A DNA stretch of 64,000 nucleotides, taken from positions 317,035-381,034 of the forward strand of contig JBBCJL010000001.1 of assembly GCA_037190225.1 (NCBI GenBank). The letters are read 5' to 3'. Positions 25,897-35,074 of this stretch are shown piece after piece. The stretch's first letter is position 1. The number at the start of each line of letters is the position of its first letter. The DNA comes from Edaphocola sp. (GTDB lineage Bacteria; Bacteroidota; Bacteroidia; Chitinophagales; Chitinophagaceae). Both the position numbers and the translations under genes were made by a program. The notes below the pieces were generated by a model that ran no database searches, was not told the origin of the DNA, and saw only the letters and a program-made list of their open reading frames with translations.

Positions 25897-28591
25897 AGAA
25901 ATACAAGGGGCCTGAATTGCCGCCGGTATTATTGTTGTTGTTATTGTTGCTTTTATTGTCTGCCGGGGGCTGGATGTCAAAGTACATCGGACCGTTGGCC
26001 GGCGGCGCGGGGGGCGCAGGGCTCAGGTCGATAGCTTTCTGGAACGTATGTATGAACTCTTCATCTATATAATTAGGGAACAGGGAAGGAATGACCATAT
26101 TGAGCTCGATATCCTCCGTATCGAAGATCTCCTGGAGCTCTATGATATTCTTAACGATGCCGTTCTCCAACTTCCGGACCAGGTAGCCTTTTTCCGTGAA
26201 CATCAGGTTGGCTTCCTCCCGGATGCCCGGCTGCTGGCTGTAGATGCTGTTGCCTACGATCTTATAGCGCTTGCCGCCTATGAGTATCTGGCTGTTGGCC
26301 AGGGAGTCGTAGTGCAGGCTGGTATGCGTGGTGGGTATGACCGCTTCCACGTTTTCAAGATCATTCAGCTCATTGAAAAATATCTTCAGCAGGCGGGACT
26401 GTATGCTCACTTTTGGCTTGCCTGGTGCTGCCGGGGCTTGTCCCGTCTCGGCAGCGGGCAGCTTGGGACGGCTGATGACCTGTATGGGATAGCCTATTTT
26501 TTCCGCATTCAGGCGTACGGAATTGTTGAACACGCCTTTTATACAGATATCCTTCAGCTCGTTGCCGTTCAGCAGGTGTACCCTGGACGCAGGGATATCC
26601 AGCTCCTGCTCCAGCTGCTTCCGTACCTGCTCTTCCAGGGGCTTGAAAAGGAAGGCCCTTCCGGACAGGATCACGCCGCCGCAGCTGAACTGTTCCGCAT
26701 TCTTTTTCACAAGCCTGATATTCTGCACCACGCGGGTGGCGATCACTTTGCAGGTTTCCGTGATGTAACCGTAGAAATCGCTGATATTCTCAATGCCGGT
26801 CAGCAGGTTTTTGAAGGTGCTGGTAATATCAGCGCGGCCTTCTTCGGTCAGGTTCCTGAAGTTGGTATCGCCCACGCTGGCCTGCTGCCACTGGCTCAGC
26901 ACATAGGGGCTGTTGTCCGTATATTTGAATTTCAGCCTTTCTATCTGGGCAAAAATATTGTTCTTAAGCTCCAGGTCATTGCTGTTCAGCACATTGATGA
27001 TCTTTTCCTTGATGAATTTAAACGCTTCGTGCTGGTTGGACGCATTGGCCCTGATATAATGTAATATGGTCTCGAAAACGGCAAAGGTGATCAGGTTGCC
27101 CGCGCCCGCAAAGCCGTTGCGGTACACGGTCTTGATGTCGAAAACATTACGGGCGCCGGTCCGGATGATGGAAAGGTCCGTTGTGCCTTTACCGGAATCT
27201 ATAATGACATATTCCCGGTTCTTGTCGATCTGGGTATCGTTCTTATTGATATAGCCCAGGAAGGACGCATCGCTTTCCGATATGGTAATGATCTCCCAGC
27301 TCAGCAGCTTGCCTTTGTACTCATGGTCTGCAAGCGACTGGAAGATATTGTGCAGGATCTGCTGGGTGCTTTTGATGTCGTAAAAATCATAAATATTGGG
27401 TACCAGCAGGATGAAGCGGATCTTACGGGTGGCATCATAGGAAATGAGGAATTCCTTTTTCAGGAAGGATTCTATCATCACCCTTAAGATGGTATTGTAC
27501 ACCTTGTTCTTCATGACGCCCAGGCTCACATTGATATCGTAGCCCTCCTTGTCGATGTTGAAGTTGATGCCGGAAAAGAGGCTGTCGTACTTCTGGGTGA
27601 TCTTGAGGTTCGGGAGCTGGTGATACTTATTTTGCGTCAGCACCTGGTAGCCGTCATGCGTATTGACCAGCATCTTCAGGTTATGCGCCACATCGGCTAT
27701 AAAGAGATCCTTATAGATATTGTCGTACTGCCCGCTCTGGTTCTCCTTCAGGAAGAAGATGGATTTATAGAAATTGGTGTTCTTCTCTTCCTGGTAATAG
27801 CTGGCCTGCTCCTCTTTGCTGATCCAGCCCTGGGATTTGTTGAATGCCAGGATGTTTTTGAACAGGTTCTCTATTTCCGGGCGCATCTGCTGGTGATGCT
27901 CACCATACTGGTAGCGCTTGATGGCCATCTGGCTGGCTTCGGAGCCGAAATCCAGCGCAATGCCCAGGAACTGCTCGGGGTGCGCGAAGCTGATGGTGGT
28001 CTTATTGCTGAACTGCTGTCCTTCCGTTTCCAGTGTCAGCTCCAGGGTAAGGTCGGGAAAGGCGGCATCCAGCAGCTTATTGAAAGCGCCGGTGATATAG
28101 CCGGTCACCAGCATGGCGCCGTTGCTGTACCTGTGCCGGATGAATTTGATGGTATCCTGCCACACGCCTATGATCTCGGAATCGGATTGCACGGCTTCCA
28201 CGGTGTTCTGGGCTGTTACCTTTTCCTTTTTAGGGGCTGATTTGAACAGCTCCAGGTCCTCGTAGCTGTACACCGGGGGCGGTTCGGGCGCTTCCTGCTC
28301 CGGCTCGGGCGCTTCATATAAAGGTTGCTTTTTCCTGGGGCCGATGTGCAGGCGTAAAGTGTCAGACTCCAGGATGCACTGTACGGAACAGTCCTTGATA
28401 TCAAGATCGGGGTGTTGCGGGATGAAGCTTTTTAAAATGCTGTCCGCCTGCAGCTCCGCAATATTGAAATGGGCGTTCCTGTGCGCCTCTACTATATATT
28501 TGAATACGGTGATATCATCCTTCTGGTGATATAAATTGATGATTTTTTCTCTTCTGTCGTTAATAATGATCGGTAAGCTATAAAAGTCCAT
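25895..28591 (-). CDS. Divergent actin/Hsp70-superfamily (ASKHA-fold) ATPase, 898 aa (operon gene 1)
   Basis: Three ordered motifs are present. The phosphate-1-like motif is LGIALDFGSEASQMAI (about 27929-27961). The phosphate-2 motif is EYVIIDSGKGTTDLSII (DSGKGTTD at 27177-27200). The adenosine-like motif is CGGVILSGRAFLF (about 26661-26689). There is no signal peptide or TM helix. The protein has a ~200-aa N-terminal extension and a Pro-rich, poly-Asn C-terminal tail (SPAPPAPPANGPMYF...NNKSNNNNNNNTGGNSGPLYF). Confidence 0.65.
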   Translation of the reverse strand: MDFYSLPIIINDRREKIINLYHQKDDITVFKYIVEAHRNAHFNIAELQADSILKSFIPQHPDLDIKDCSVQCILESDTLRLHIGPRKKQPLYEAPEPEQEAPEPPPVYSYEDLELFKSAPKKEKVTAQNTVEAVQSDSEIIGVWQDTIKFIRHRYSNGAMLVTGYITGAFNKLLDAAFPDLTLELTLETEGQQFSNKTTISFAHPEQFLGIALDFGSEASQMAIKRYQYGEHHQQMRPEIENLFKNILAFNKSQGWISKEEQASYYQEEKNTNFYKSIFFLKENQSGQYDNIYKDLFIADVAHNLKMLVNTHDGYQVLTQNKYHQLPNLKITQKYDSLFSGINFNIDKEGYDINVSLGVMKNKVYNTILRVMIESFLKKEFLISYDATRKIRFILLVPNIYDFYDIKSTQQILHNIFQSLADHEYKGKLLSWEIITISESDASFLGYINKNDTQIDKNREYVIIDSGKGTTDLSIIRTGARNVFDIKTVYRNGFAGAGNLITFAVFETILHYIRANASNQHEAFKFIKEKIINVLNSNDLELKNNIFAQIERLKFKYTDNSPYVLSQWQQASVGDTNFRNLTEEGRADITSTFKNLLTGIENISDFYGYITETCKVIATRVVQNIRLVKKNAEQFSCGGVILSGRAFLFKPLEEQVRKQLEQELDIPASRVHLLNGNELKDICIKGVFNNSVRLNAEKIGYPIQVISRPKLPAAETGQAPAAPGKPKVSIQSRLLKIFFNELNDLENVEAVIPTTHTSLHYDSLANSQILIGGKRYKIVGNSIYSQQPGIREEANLMFTEKGYLVRKLENGIVKNIIELQEIFDTEDIELNMVIPSLFPNYIDEEFIHTFQKAIDLSPAPPAPPANGPMYFDIQPPADNKSNNNNNNNTGGNSGPLYF

Positions 28592-28610
28592 ATCTCAGTA
28601 AGTTTGAATA

Positions 28611-28618
28611 CAAACTTA
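28611..28618 (-). promoter_or_regulatory. Candidate -7 box (TAagTTTG) for the ASKHA operon
   Basis: The minus strand reads TAAGTTTG 19 nt upstream of the ATG at 28591. I saw no clear -33 TTTG. Confidence 0.4.
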
Positions 28619-28809
28619 AAAATACTACTTTTTTGATAATCCCGATAAATATTCGGTAAATGCCTGTTTTCCGGCCATGAACGATAGAAGATGCCTTTTT
28701 TAGTTGGTCATCCAGGAGAAGGCTGCCTGGTCTTTCAAGGCAGGAGCCTTCAATAACGGACCGGTCAAAAATGCCGGTCTTTTGTGATGATGATGATATG
28801 CCTTTGCTA

Positions 28810-29400
28810 TTATGATTCCCTGACCCTGGTAAGCAGCATATTGAATTGCAGATCGTTCAGGGTACTGCTTTGGGTGTCCTCTTCCAGCAGTATCCTCCCG
28901 CTTCCCTTTACCTCGTATACATCCACAGGATTAAAGATGGTGGTGTCTGCCTTGATCCACTTGACCGATTCGATTTTAATATAATAGGCGGCGACATCCA
29001 TCGTATCATAAGTATTCCAGCGTGGCAGGTCATAATTTTCTTCAAAATATATCCTGGGCGTTATGCCATCCTTCAATGCAGTCGGAAGTGTTTTGCCTGT
29101 AAGCGACAGCACCTCTTCGTGGGTAGGGTGGTGATCGAACCGTAATGTTACTTCCAGGGACGGGTCCACGGTAGAGAGTGGCCTTACAACCGCAATGCCT
29201 CCCACACTATGCTCAAGGCTGGATATATACTGGGCAGTTGCCTCAGGGTAAGAAATCTTATAATCCTTATTGCCAAAGTTGAAATTGGCATAATAAGGCC
29301 GCAGATTGGCGGGCTGGTCTTCATTTTTATGCTTATCCTCCTTATTACAGGAAAAGATCAGCAGGGCGCCCCCGAGGAGCAGGATGATCCGTTTATTCAT
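28810..29400 (-). CDS. Lipoprotein, unknown function
   Basis: A lipoprotein signal is present (MNKRIILLLGGALLIFSC). The start is set at the ATG at 29400. The gene lies 218 nt upstream of the ASKHA gene on the same strand, and its membership in the operon is unclear. Confidence 0.6.
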   Translation of the reverse strand: MNKRIILLLGGALLIFSCNKEDKHKNEDQPANLRPYYANFNFGNKDYKISYPEATAQYISSLEHSVGGIAVVRPLSTVDPSLEVTLRFDHHPTHEEVLSLTGKTLPTALKDGITPRIYFEENYDLPRWNTYDTMDVAAYYIKIESVKWIKADTTIFNPVDVYEVKGSGRILLEEDTQSSTLNDLQFNMLLTRVRES

Positions 29401-29544
29401 TTGATTGGCTGGAAATTGCAAATATAGTGATATTTTGTTTATTTTAACAATGTTTAAATTTTAGTGAATTGTCGGCGCGCCCCTACTTTACCGGCCCTTT
29501 CAACTGAAGTATATCCGGTATTTATAACAGCATCAAGATTCTAC

Positions 29545-29574
29545 TTGCGTTTTATATACAGGTTGCTACTTTTG
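29545..29574 (+). promoter_or_regulatory. Bacteroidota-type promoter for the Bcr/CflA transporter gene, giving a very short leader
   Basis: cTTG lies at 29544-29547 and TACTTTTG at 29567-29574, only 7 nt before the ATG at 29582. Confidence 0.4.
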
Positions 29575-29581
29575 CATACTC

Positions 29582-30826
29582 ATGAAAAATATTAAGATCA
29601 ACAGAACGGTATTGCTTATTTTGCTGGGTGTGCTGGCGGCGCTGGGACCCTTTACAATAGATATGTACCTGCCGGGTTTCCAGAAGATCGCGGCAGACTT
29701 CGGGACGGATGAAAAGCACGTTGCCTTTACGCTGACCTCCTATTTCATCGGTATAGCGGCCGGCCAGCTTATTTACGGTCCTATAGTGGATAAATACGGC
29801 CGAAAGCGGCCCCTGATCGCCGGCCTCGGCATTTATATCCTTGCGGCTTTGGGCTGCGCGCTGTCCCCAAATATAGAATCAATGATATTGATGCGGCTGC
29901 TGCAGGCGCTGGGCGGCTGTGTGGGCATGGTGGCTTCCAATGCCATTATCAGCGATGTATATGAAAAAGAGCACCGTGCCCGGGCATTCTCTTCCATCAT
30001 GCTGGTAATGGGCGTTGCGCCGCTGATAGCGCCGAGCGTGGGCAGCCTGCTGCTTGAAAGGACCGGCTGGAATTATATATTTTACTTCCTTGCGGCATTT
30101 GCGACCTTCGTAGCTGTACTGATCATGGTATTCCTGCCGGAAACGAGCCGGTATATGCACACCAGGAAGCTGAGTGTCAGGGAAGTGGGTCGGGGGTATA
30201 TGGATATCCTTAAGAACAGGACCTTCCTGCTGTATACGCTTGCCGGGAGCATTGCGATGTCGGTATTATTTGCCTACATTTCTTCTTCCTCTTTTGTGTT
30301 CATTACCCTGTACGGGCTGGATAAGGCCACTTTCTCCTTCATCTTTGCCGTGAATGCGGCAGGGCTGATCACCGGCAGCTCGCTGAACGGTATCGTTACA
30401 AGGTATATCAACTATATACGGCTTACGGGGATAGTCTCCTGGCTGTTGGGGGCGGTATCCTTCCTTGTAATGATGATGCTCATCCTGTATCCGCAGCTGC
30501 CGTATCAATGGATGGTAGCCGGTATCTTCACCATCCTGTTCCTTGTGGGCTTTATTACGCCGAACGTGACGGCGGCTTCACTGGCTCCTTTTACCGGTAA
30601 TGCCGGTGCCGCTTCGGCATTGGGCGGCGCTATGCGTATGGGGGTCGGCGCTATGGTGGCTGCTGCGATAGGTATATTCCAGGGAGCATCTGCCCTGATC
30701 ATGTTCGTGACGATCTTTGTGCTGGCTGTATTGACGATCCTGCTGCTGATCCCTGCTGCCGGCACTACGATATCCAGCGTAGTGCCATCGCCGGGAGTAG
30801 AGCCGGGTACGGGGGAATCAGTCTAG
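29582..30826 (+). CDS. MFS multidrug transporter, Bcr/CflA family
   Basis: The protein has 12 TM helices. The N-terminal LGPFTIDMYLPGFQKIAADFG is typical of Bcr/CflA, and motif A is GPIVDKYGRKRPLI. Confidence 0.8.
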   Translation: MKNIKINRTVLLILLGVLAALGPFTIDMYLPGFQKIAADFGTDEKHVAFTLTSYFIGIAAGQLIYGPIVDKYGRKRPLIAGLGIYILAALGCALSPNIESMILMRLLQALGGCVGMVASNAIISDVYEKEHRARAFSSIMLVMGVAPLIAPSVGSLLLERTGWNYIFYFLAAFATFVAVLIMVFLPETSRYMHTRKLSVREVGRGYMDILKNRTFLLYTLAGSIAMSVLFAYISSSSFVFITLYGLDKATFSFIFAVNAAGLITGSSLNGIVTRYINYIRLTGIVSWLLGAVSFLVMMMLILYPQLPYQWMVAGIFTILFLVGFITPNVTAASLAPFTGNAGAASALGGAMRMGVGAMVAAAIGIFQGASALIMFVTIFVLAVLTILLLIPAAGTTISSVVPSPGVEPGTGESV

Positions 30827-30961
30827 CGGTTTGCCTGGCTGCATCGGGGCCGGAAAGATATTTTTTGTGTAAAGGAAGGTGCTTTTAGCTGCTTACCCCG
30901 GTAAAGCGTCCGGCTGTCCCTGTGTCCGTTATGTGCATTACAGCATAGGCTGCATTAAAAA

Positions 30962-30990
30962 AGCGGTCAGCGTATTATACGCTGACCGCT
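30962..30990 (-). terminator. Terminator of the outer-membrane beta-barrel gene
   Basis: The sequence agcggtcagcgtat-t-atacgctgaccgct is followed by a T run on the minus strand (aaaaaa on the plus strand at 30956-30961). Confidence 0.65.
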
Positions 30991-31024
30991 CTCTTCACCC
31001 TGGCTGACGTTGCAACCGGAGCTA

Positions 31025-31654
31025 TCAGATATTAATTCTGTAACCTACCCCGATATTCCAGTTGTTATGGGTAAGGGTGGTATTGTTCATATTGGACATA
31101 TTGCCCAGTCCCAGTCCGTAGCCGCCTTTTACGTAGATACCCCAGGGCGTCTCATAACCCAGCCCGAAATTGAATCCCCAGTCAAATGCGTTGATCTCAT
31201 CCACCTTGCTACCGAAATTAATGTCCTTTTCTATTGAAACGCTTGATCCGCCCGTAACCTTGGTCTTTCCGGCCAGTCCCATGCCTATATATGGGCCGGC
31301 TTCCGCGAAAATGGCCCCTGCCTTGTCGGATAGCCTCAGGCTGTAGCCCAGGTTGACGGGAACGCGCAGGTAGTGCATCGTGGTTTCGGATGTTACTCCC
31401 AGGATACCCTCTGAGGTGCCGCCCAGCATGTGGTAGTAGATGCCTGGTTTAACGTATAGCCCTTTATAAACCGGGAGGGTAACACCCGCACCTATGCTGA
31501 ACCCGATTTTAGAGTCGGAATTGGTCGCATCGTTATTGCCTAATTTGGTACGCAGATGGGCGATATTGAGTCCTGCCTCCGGGTCGATGGAGACCTGGGA
31601 AAACCCTGTGCCGGTTACTGCTGCTGCTGCTAAAATCAATACTGCTTTTTTCAT
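31025..31654 (-). CDS. Outer-membrane beta-barrel protein (small porin / OmpW-like class)
   Basis: A signal peptide (MKKAVLILAAAAVTGTGFSQ) is followed by Gly/aromatic-rich alternating beta-strand patterns throughout. Confidence 0.6.
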   Translation of the reverse strand: MKKAVLILAAAAVTGTGFSQVSIDPEAGLNIAHLRTKLGNNDATNSDSKIGFSIGAGVTLPVYKGLYVKPGIYYHMLGGTSEGILGVTSETTMHYLRVPVNLGYSLRLSDKAGAIFAEAGPYIGMGLAGKTKVTGGSSVSIEKDINFGSKVDEINAFDWGFNFGLGYETPWGIYVKGGYGLGLGNMSNMNNTTLTHNNWNIGVGYRINI

Positions 31655-31951
31655 TTTGTTTGAGTTTTAAATGTTATAATATTTCTGATAACCAGAAAAA
31701 GAAGGTTTTTGTTTTTCTGAGTGTAAAATTGCATCGTACTGGCTCACCTGAAAAGCAGGAAATGGTCGAAACGGACAAAACAGGGGTTGAACTGCAAGCC
31801 TCTGTACGGCGAATCTGTCACCTGTAATTTCATCCCTGAAAATGTCCGTTTCGGGGACCCGGTCCTTTAGCGCCTGCTGTATGTATCGCATTTTTGCAAT
31901 GTACGGACCTGTAAGGTCAGTGCGTATTGTAAACTTATATATAACAACAGC

Positions 31952-32593
31952 ATGATGAATTTATTCGGGCATAAACATGGAGCCCGCAGTTTCGGGAAAT
32001 GGTTGTTACCGGCAGGCATACTGCTGGTAGTGCTGGGCCTGACCGCATATATATCCCCCTTTGCAGCCGTTGCCGGCTTTTTATGCATGGCAGGCCTGGT
32101 TATTTCCGGCTTTGGGCTGCAGTCGCTGATACGGCGGATACGCCGTAAGGAAGGACTGCCGCGTGTAGCGTCCGCTGCCTTATGGTCTGTAGCCGGTCTC
32201 CTGCTCCTGCTGTATCCGTTTGTATCGCTCAGGCTCCTGAACGGGATCGTAAGCGTAGTATTGATCAGCCGTGCGCTGCAGTATCTTGTAAGGTGGCGGC
32301 GCGGCGCCGGCAGGGCGGAGAGTGTAGGAATATCCCCTTTGCCGCGCGTGGTGCTGTTGCTGATCCTTGCCGTTGCCCTGCTGTATAATCCCTTACTCCT
32401 CTCTGTTGTGCTTGCGTATACGGTGGGCTTCCCGCTCCTGGTCCTTGGCGGCCTGCTGATAGCTGCGGCCCTGTTCCTGCGCAGGCTGCCACGGGACAGC
32501 AGGGACATACGCTCCTCTTTTGAAGAGCCGGTACGGGATGCGGAATACGAAATTGTGGAAGAGCATATGCACCGGCCTGCCGGTGTTAAATAA
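31952..32593 (+). CDS. Integral membrane protein (possibly HdeD/DUF308-like)
   Basis: The protein has about six hydrophobic helices and a short acidic C-terminal tail. The family assignment is a weak recollection only. Confidence 0.45.
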   Translation: MMNLFGHKHGARSFGKWLLPAGILLVVLGLTAYISPFAAVAGFLCMAGLVISGFGLQSLIRRIRRKEGLPRVASAALWSVAGLLLLLYPFVSLRLLNGIVSVVLISRALQYLVRWRRGAGRAESVGISPLPRVVLLLILAVALLYNPLLLSVVLAYTVGFPLLVLGGLLIAAALFLRRLPRDSRDIRSSFEEPVRDAEYEIVEEHMHRPAGVK

Positions 32594-32632
32594 AAACAGC
32601 AAGTCTTTAATCCGTAAAATATATATCAAGTG

Positions 32633-33970
32633 ATGAAAAAAAGTATAATGGTAGCCGCGCTCTCGCTGCTCACAGGATATTTTGCGGCTGCGCAGACCCC
32701 TTTGGGTCTTAATGACGCGGTAGCTTATGCCCTGAAGCATAAAGCGGAGGCCGTAAAGGCGCGGCTGGATATTAAGAACAGCGCTTATGTCATTGAAGAG
32801 GCCCGTGCCAACGCGCTGCCCCAGATCAATGCGAACGGGGGACTGACCTATAATGCGATCCTGCAGCAAATGGCGCTGAATATGGGCGGTCAGTCAATGG
32901 TCATAAAAATGGGGCTTCCCTGGCAATCCACTGCTACCGTGCAGCTGGACCAGCAGATATTCAACCTGGCGGTATTTACCGGCCTGAAGGCAGCCCGCAG
33001 CACGAAAGAGTTCTATGTGATCAATGCGGAGCTTACGGAGGAGCAGATCGTGGAAAAGGTGGCCGGCAGCTATTATGAAGTCTTCAGGACCCAATCGAAG
33101 ATAGCCACTATCAACAGTACGATCAGCAATACGGAAAGGGTGAGGGATGTTATCAGCAGCCTTTTTGACAACGGGCTGGCCAGGAAGATAGACCTGGACC
33201 GGATGAATGTGACGCTGAACAACCTGTCTGCCGGCAAGCAGCAGCTGCAGAATGCCCTGCAATTACAGGAGAACTCCCTTAAATACCTCATTGGTATGGA
33301 TATCAGTGAGCCCGTGGTGCTACCGGAAGGCACATTTGAGATAGATCATTCGCTGGTATTGGACAGGAGCGCAGCGGATATTGAGAACCGTACAGAGATC
33401 AGGCTGATGGAACAGCAGGGACAGCTGCTCCATTATAACAAGCAGGCTATAGCGGCACAGCGCTATCCCACACTGGCGCTCAGCGCCAATTACGGCTACC
33501 TTGGGCTGGGTGATAAGTTCCCTTATTTCGCGGGCAGCAACAGCGGTGTGAACTGGTCTGATATGTCTGCTGTTTCCCTGAACCTGAGAGTGCCTATCTT
33601 CAGCGGCTTTTCCACCCGTGCCAGGATCCAGCAGGCACAGATAGAGATAGATAAATATGAAACGGACCTGCGGGACACACGCCTGGCCCTGAGCCTGGCG
33701 CTCGAAAATGCCTTTACACAGCTAAGCAATTCCCTGATGACGCTGAATGTCCAGAAGTCCAATGTTAACCTGGCGCAGGAAGTACTGATCAATATCGAAA
33801 ATAATTATAAGAACGGGCTGGCATCACTGACAGACCTGCTGGATGCGGAAACTTCCTATGCGGATGCCCGTAACAGTTACACCGGCGCGCTCCTGGATTA
33901 TAAGCTTGCTGAAGTTCAGCTTGTCAAGGCCAGAGGCGAATTGAAATCCTATTATTCTACTTCTCACTAA
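32633..33970 (+). CDS. TolC-family outer membrane efflux protein
   Basis: A signal peptide (MKKSIMVAALSLLTGYFAAAQ) is followed by two OEP repeats with characteristic coiled segments. It is the first gene of the tripartite efflux operon. Confidence 0.8.
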   Translation: MKKSIMVAALSLLTGYFAAAQTPLGLNDAVAYALKHKAEAVKARLDIKNSAYVIEEARANALPQINANGGLTYNAILQQMALNMGGQSMVIKMGLPWQSTATVQLDQQIFNLAVFTGLKAARSTKEFYVINAELTEEQIVEKVAGSYYEVFRTQSKIATINSTISNTERVRDVISSLFDNGLARKIDLDRMNVTLNNLSAGKQQLQNALQLQENSLKYLIGMDISEPVVLPEGTFEIDHSLVLDRSAADIENRTEIRLMEQQGQLLHYNKQAIAAQRYPTLALSANYGYLGLGDKFPYFAGSNSGVNWSDMSAVSLNLRVPIFSGFSTRARIQQAQIEIDKYETDLRDTRLALSLALENAFTQLSNSLMTLNVQKSNVNLAQEVLINIENNYKNGLASLTDLLDAETSYADARNSYTGALLDYKLAEVQLVKARGELKSYYSTSH

Positions 33971-33994
33971 ACTAAAATATCCCAACATAAATAT

Positions 33995-35053
33995 ATGAAA
34001 AAGGTAATTATATCAGGCGTTGTAGTGATAGCAGCACTGGCAGGTATTTTCCTGGTACTGAATAAGAACAAGGCCAGGAATGAGGCGGAAACAGCGGTAG
34101 TGGCCGAGCAGAATGCGGGCGTTGCCGTAAGGGTTGAGCCGGCGGGCAGGAAGACCGTAAACCTCCGGTATACAGCTAATGGCGTCTTTTCGCCCTGGCA
34201 GGAGGTCATGATAGCGGCGGAAACCTCCGGACGGGTAGCCAGGGTGCTGGTAAAAGAAGGGGCCGGCGTCAGCGCGGGACAGGTGCTGGCCGTGATAGAA
34301 GCGGACAAGCAAAATGTGCAGCTCTCGAATGCGCAGGCCGTTTATAACAATGCCCGTTCCGAAGTGGAGCGTTTTGAAAATGCCTTCGCGACCGGTGGCG
34401 TTACCCGGCAGCAGCTGGACCAGGTAAAGCTGCAGCTGGAGAACGCCAGGAACAACCTGAAAAGCGCGCAGCTCACCGCCGGTGATGTCAATATAAAGGC
34501 TTCCTTTGCGGGTATTGTGAACAAAAGGAGCGTAGAGCCCGGCGCCTATGTTTCTCCCGGACAGCAGCTGTTCGAAGTGGTCAATGTCTCTACGCTCAAA
34601 TTAAGAGTGAATGTAGATGAAAAGAATATAGGCGCCATTAAGCTTGGTCAGCAGGTGAAAGTAGGATCGGCAGTGCTGCCGGACCGGAGCTGGAGCGGTA
34701 CGGTTGCCTTTATCGCACCCAAGGCGGATGCCAGCCTCAACTTTGCTGTAGAGCTGGAAATAAAGCAGGTGACCGGTTCAGACCTGAAAGCAGGTATGTA
34801 TGGTACTGCGTACTTCGGTGCGGAGCAAAGCAGCGAGGCGTTCGTCATTCCCAGGAATGCCTTTGTGGGCAATATCAGCTCCAACCGGGTATTCGTGGCG
34901 GAGAACGGTAAGGCCGTATTAAGGCAGATCACTGCCGGAAGGAACTTCGGGGAATACATAGAGGTCGTTGCCGGGCTGGAGCCGGGAGCGCAGGTGATCA
35001 CTTCAGGCCAGATCAATCTTTCTGACCAGGCTCCGGTAACAATTATTAAATAA
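33995..35053 (+). CDS. Efflux RND periplasmic adaptor (membrane fusion protein)
   Basis: An N-terminal anchor precedes a lipoyl/hairpin region (GQVLAVIEADKQNVQLSNAQA...QLDQVKLQLENARNNL) and a beta-barrel domain. Confidence 0.85.
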   Translation: MKKVIISGVVVIAALAGIFLVLNKNKARNEAETAVVAEQNAGVAVRVEPAGRKTVNLRYTANGVFSPWQEVMIAAETSGRVARVLVKEGAGVSAGQVLAVIEADKQNVQLSNAQAVYNNARSEVERFENAFATGGVTRQQLDQVKLQLENARNNLKSAQLTAGDVNIKASFAGIVNKRSVEPGAYVSPGQQLFEVVNVSTLKLRVNVDEKNIGAIKLGQQVKVGSAVLPDRSWSGTVAFIAPKADASLNFAVELEIKQVTGSDLKAGMYGTAYFGAEQSSEAFVIPRNAFVGNISSNRVFVAENGKAVLRQITAGRNFGEYIEVVAGLEPGAQVITSGQINLSDQAPVTIIK

Positions 35054-35074
35054 CTTTCAAATGACCATAAGCAG

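Noticed and set aside
26048-27064. 338-aa plus-strand ORF antisense to the ASKHA gene. Similar long antisense ORFs occur at 7523-8665, 45796-46809, 50698-51741, 60284-61252, 5442-6059, 6213-6848 and 77-904.
   Set aside because: Each lies wholly inside a longer opposite-strand gene with clear family motifs. Their translations are Arg/Gly/His/Pro/Leu-rich, lack motifs, and are typical shadow ORFs in mid-to-high GC coding DNA.
16521-28591. Possibility that the cluster is simply the canonical mreB-mreC-mreD-mrdA-rodA or ftsA/ftsW/ftsI locus
   Set aside because: The ATPase is 898 aa, against about 340 for MreB and about 420 for FtsA, and shows only motif-level similarity. No MreC/MreD-like or mur/fts neighbours are present. 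The PBP and the polytopic core are fused in one 1821-aa protein. The idea is still listed as a refutation test because it needs a whole-genome check.
31867-32508. 213-aa minus-strand ORF overlapping the 31952-32593 plus-strand ORF
   Set aside because: The minus-strand translation is Arg/Ser/Pro/Thr-rich and lacks any domain-like pattern. The plus-strand product has regular TM helices, so the plus strand was chosen.
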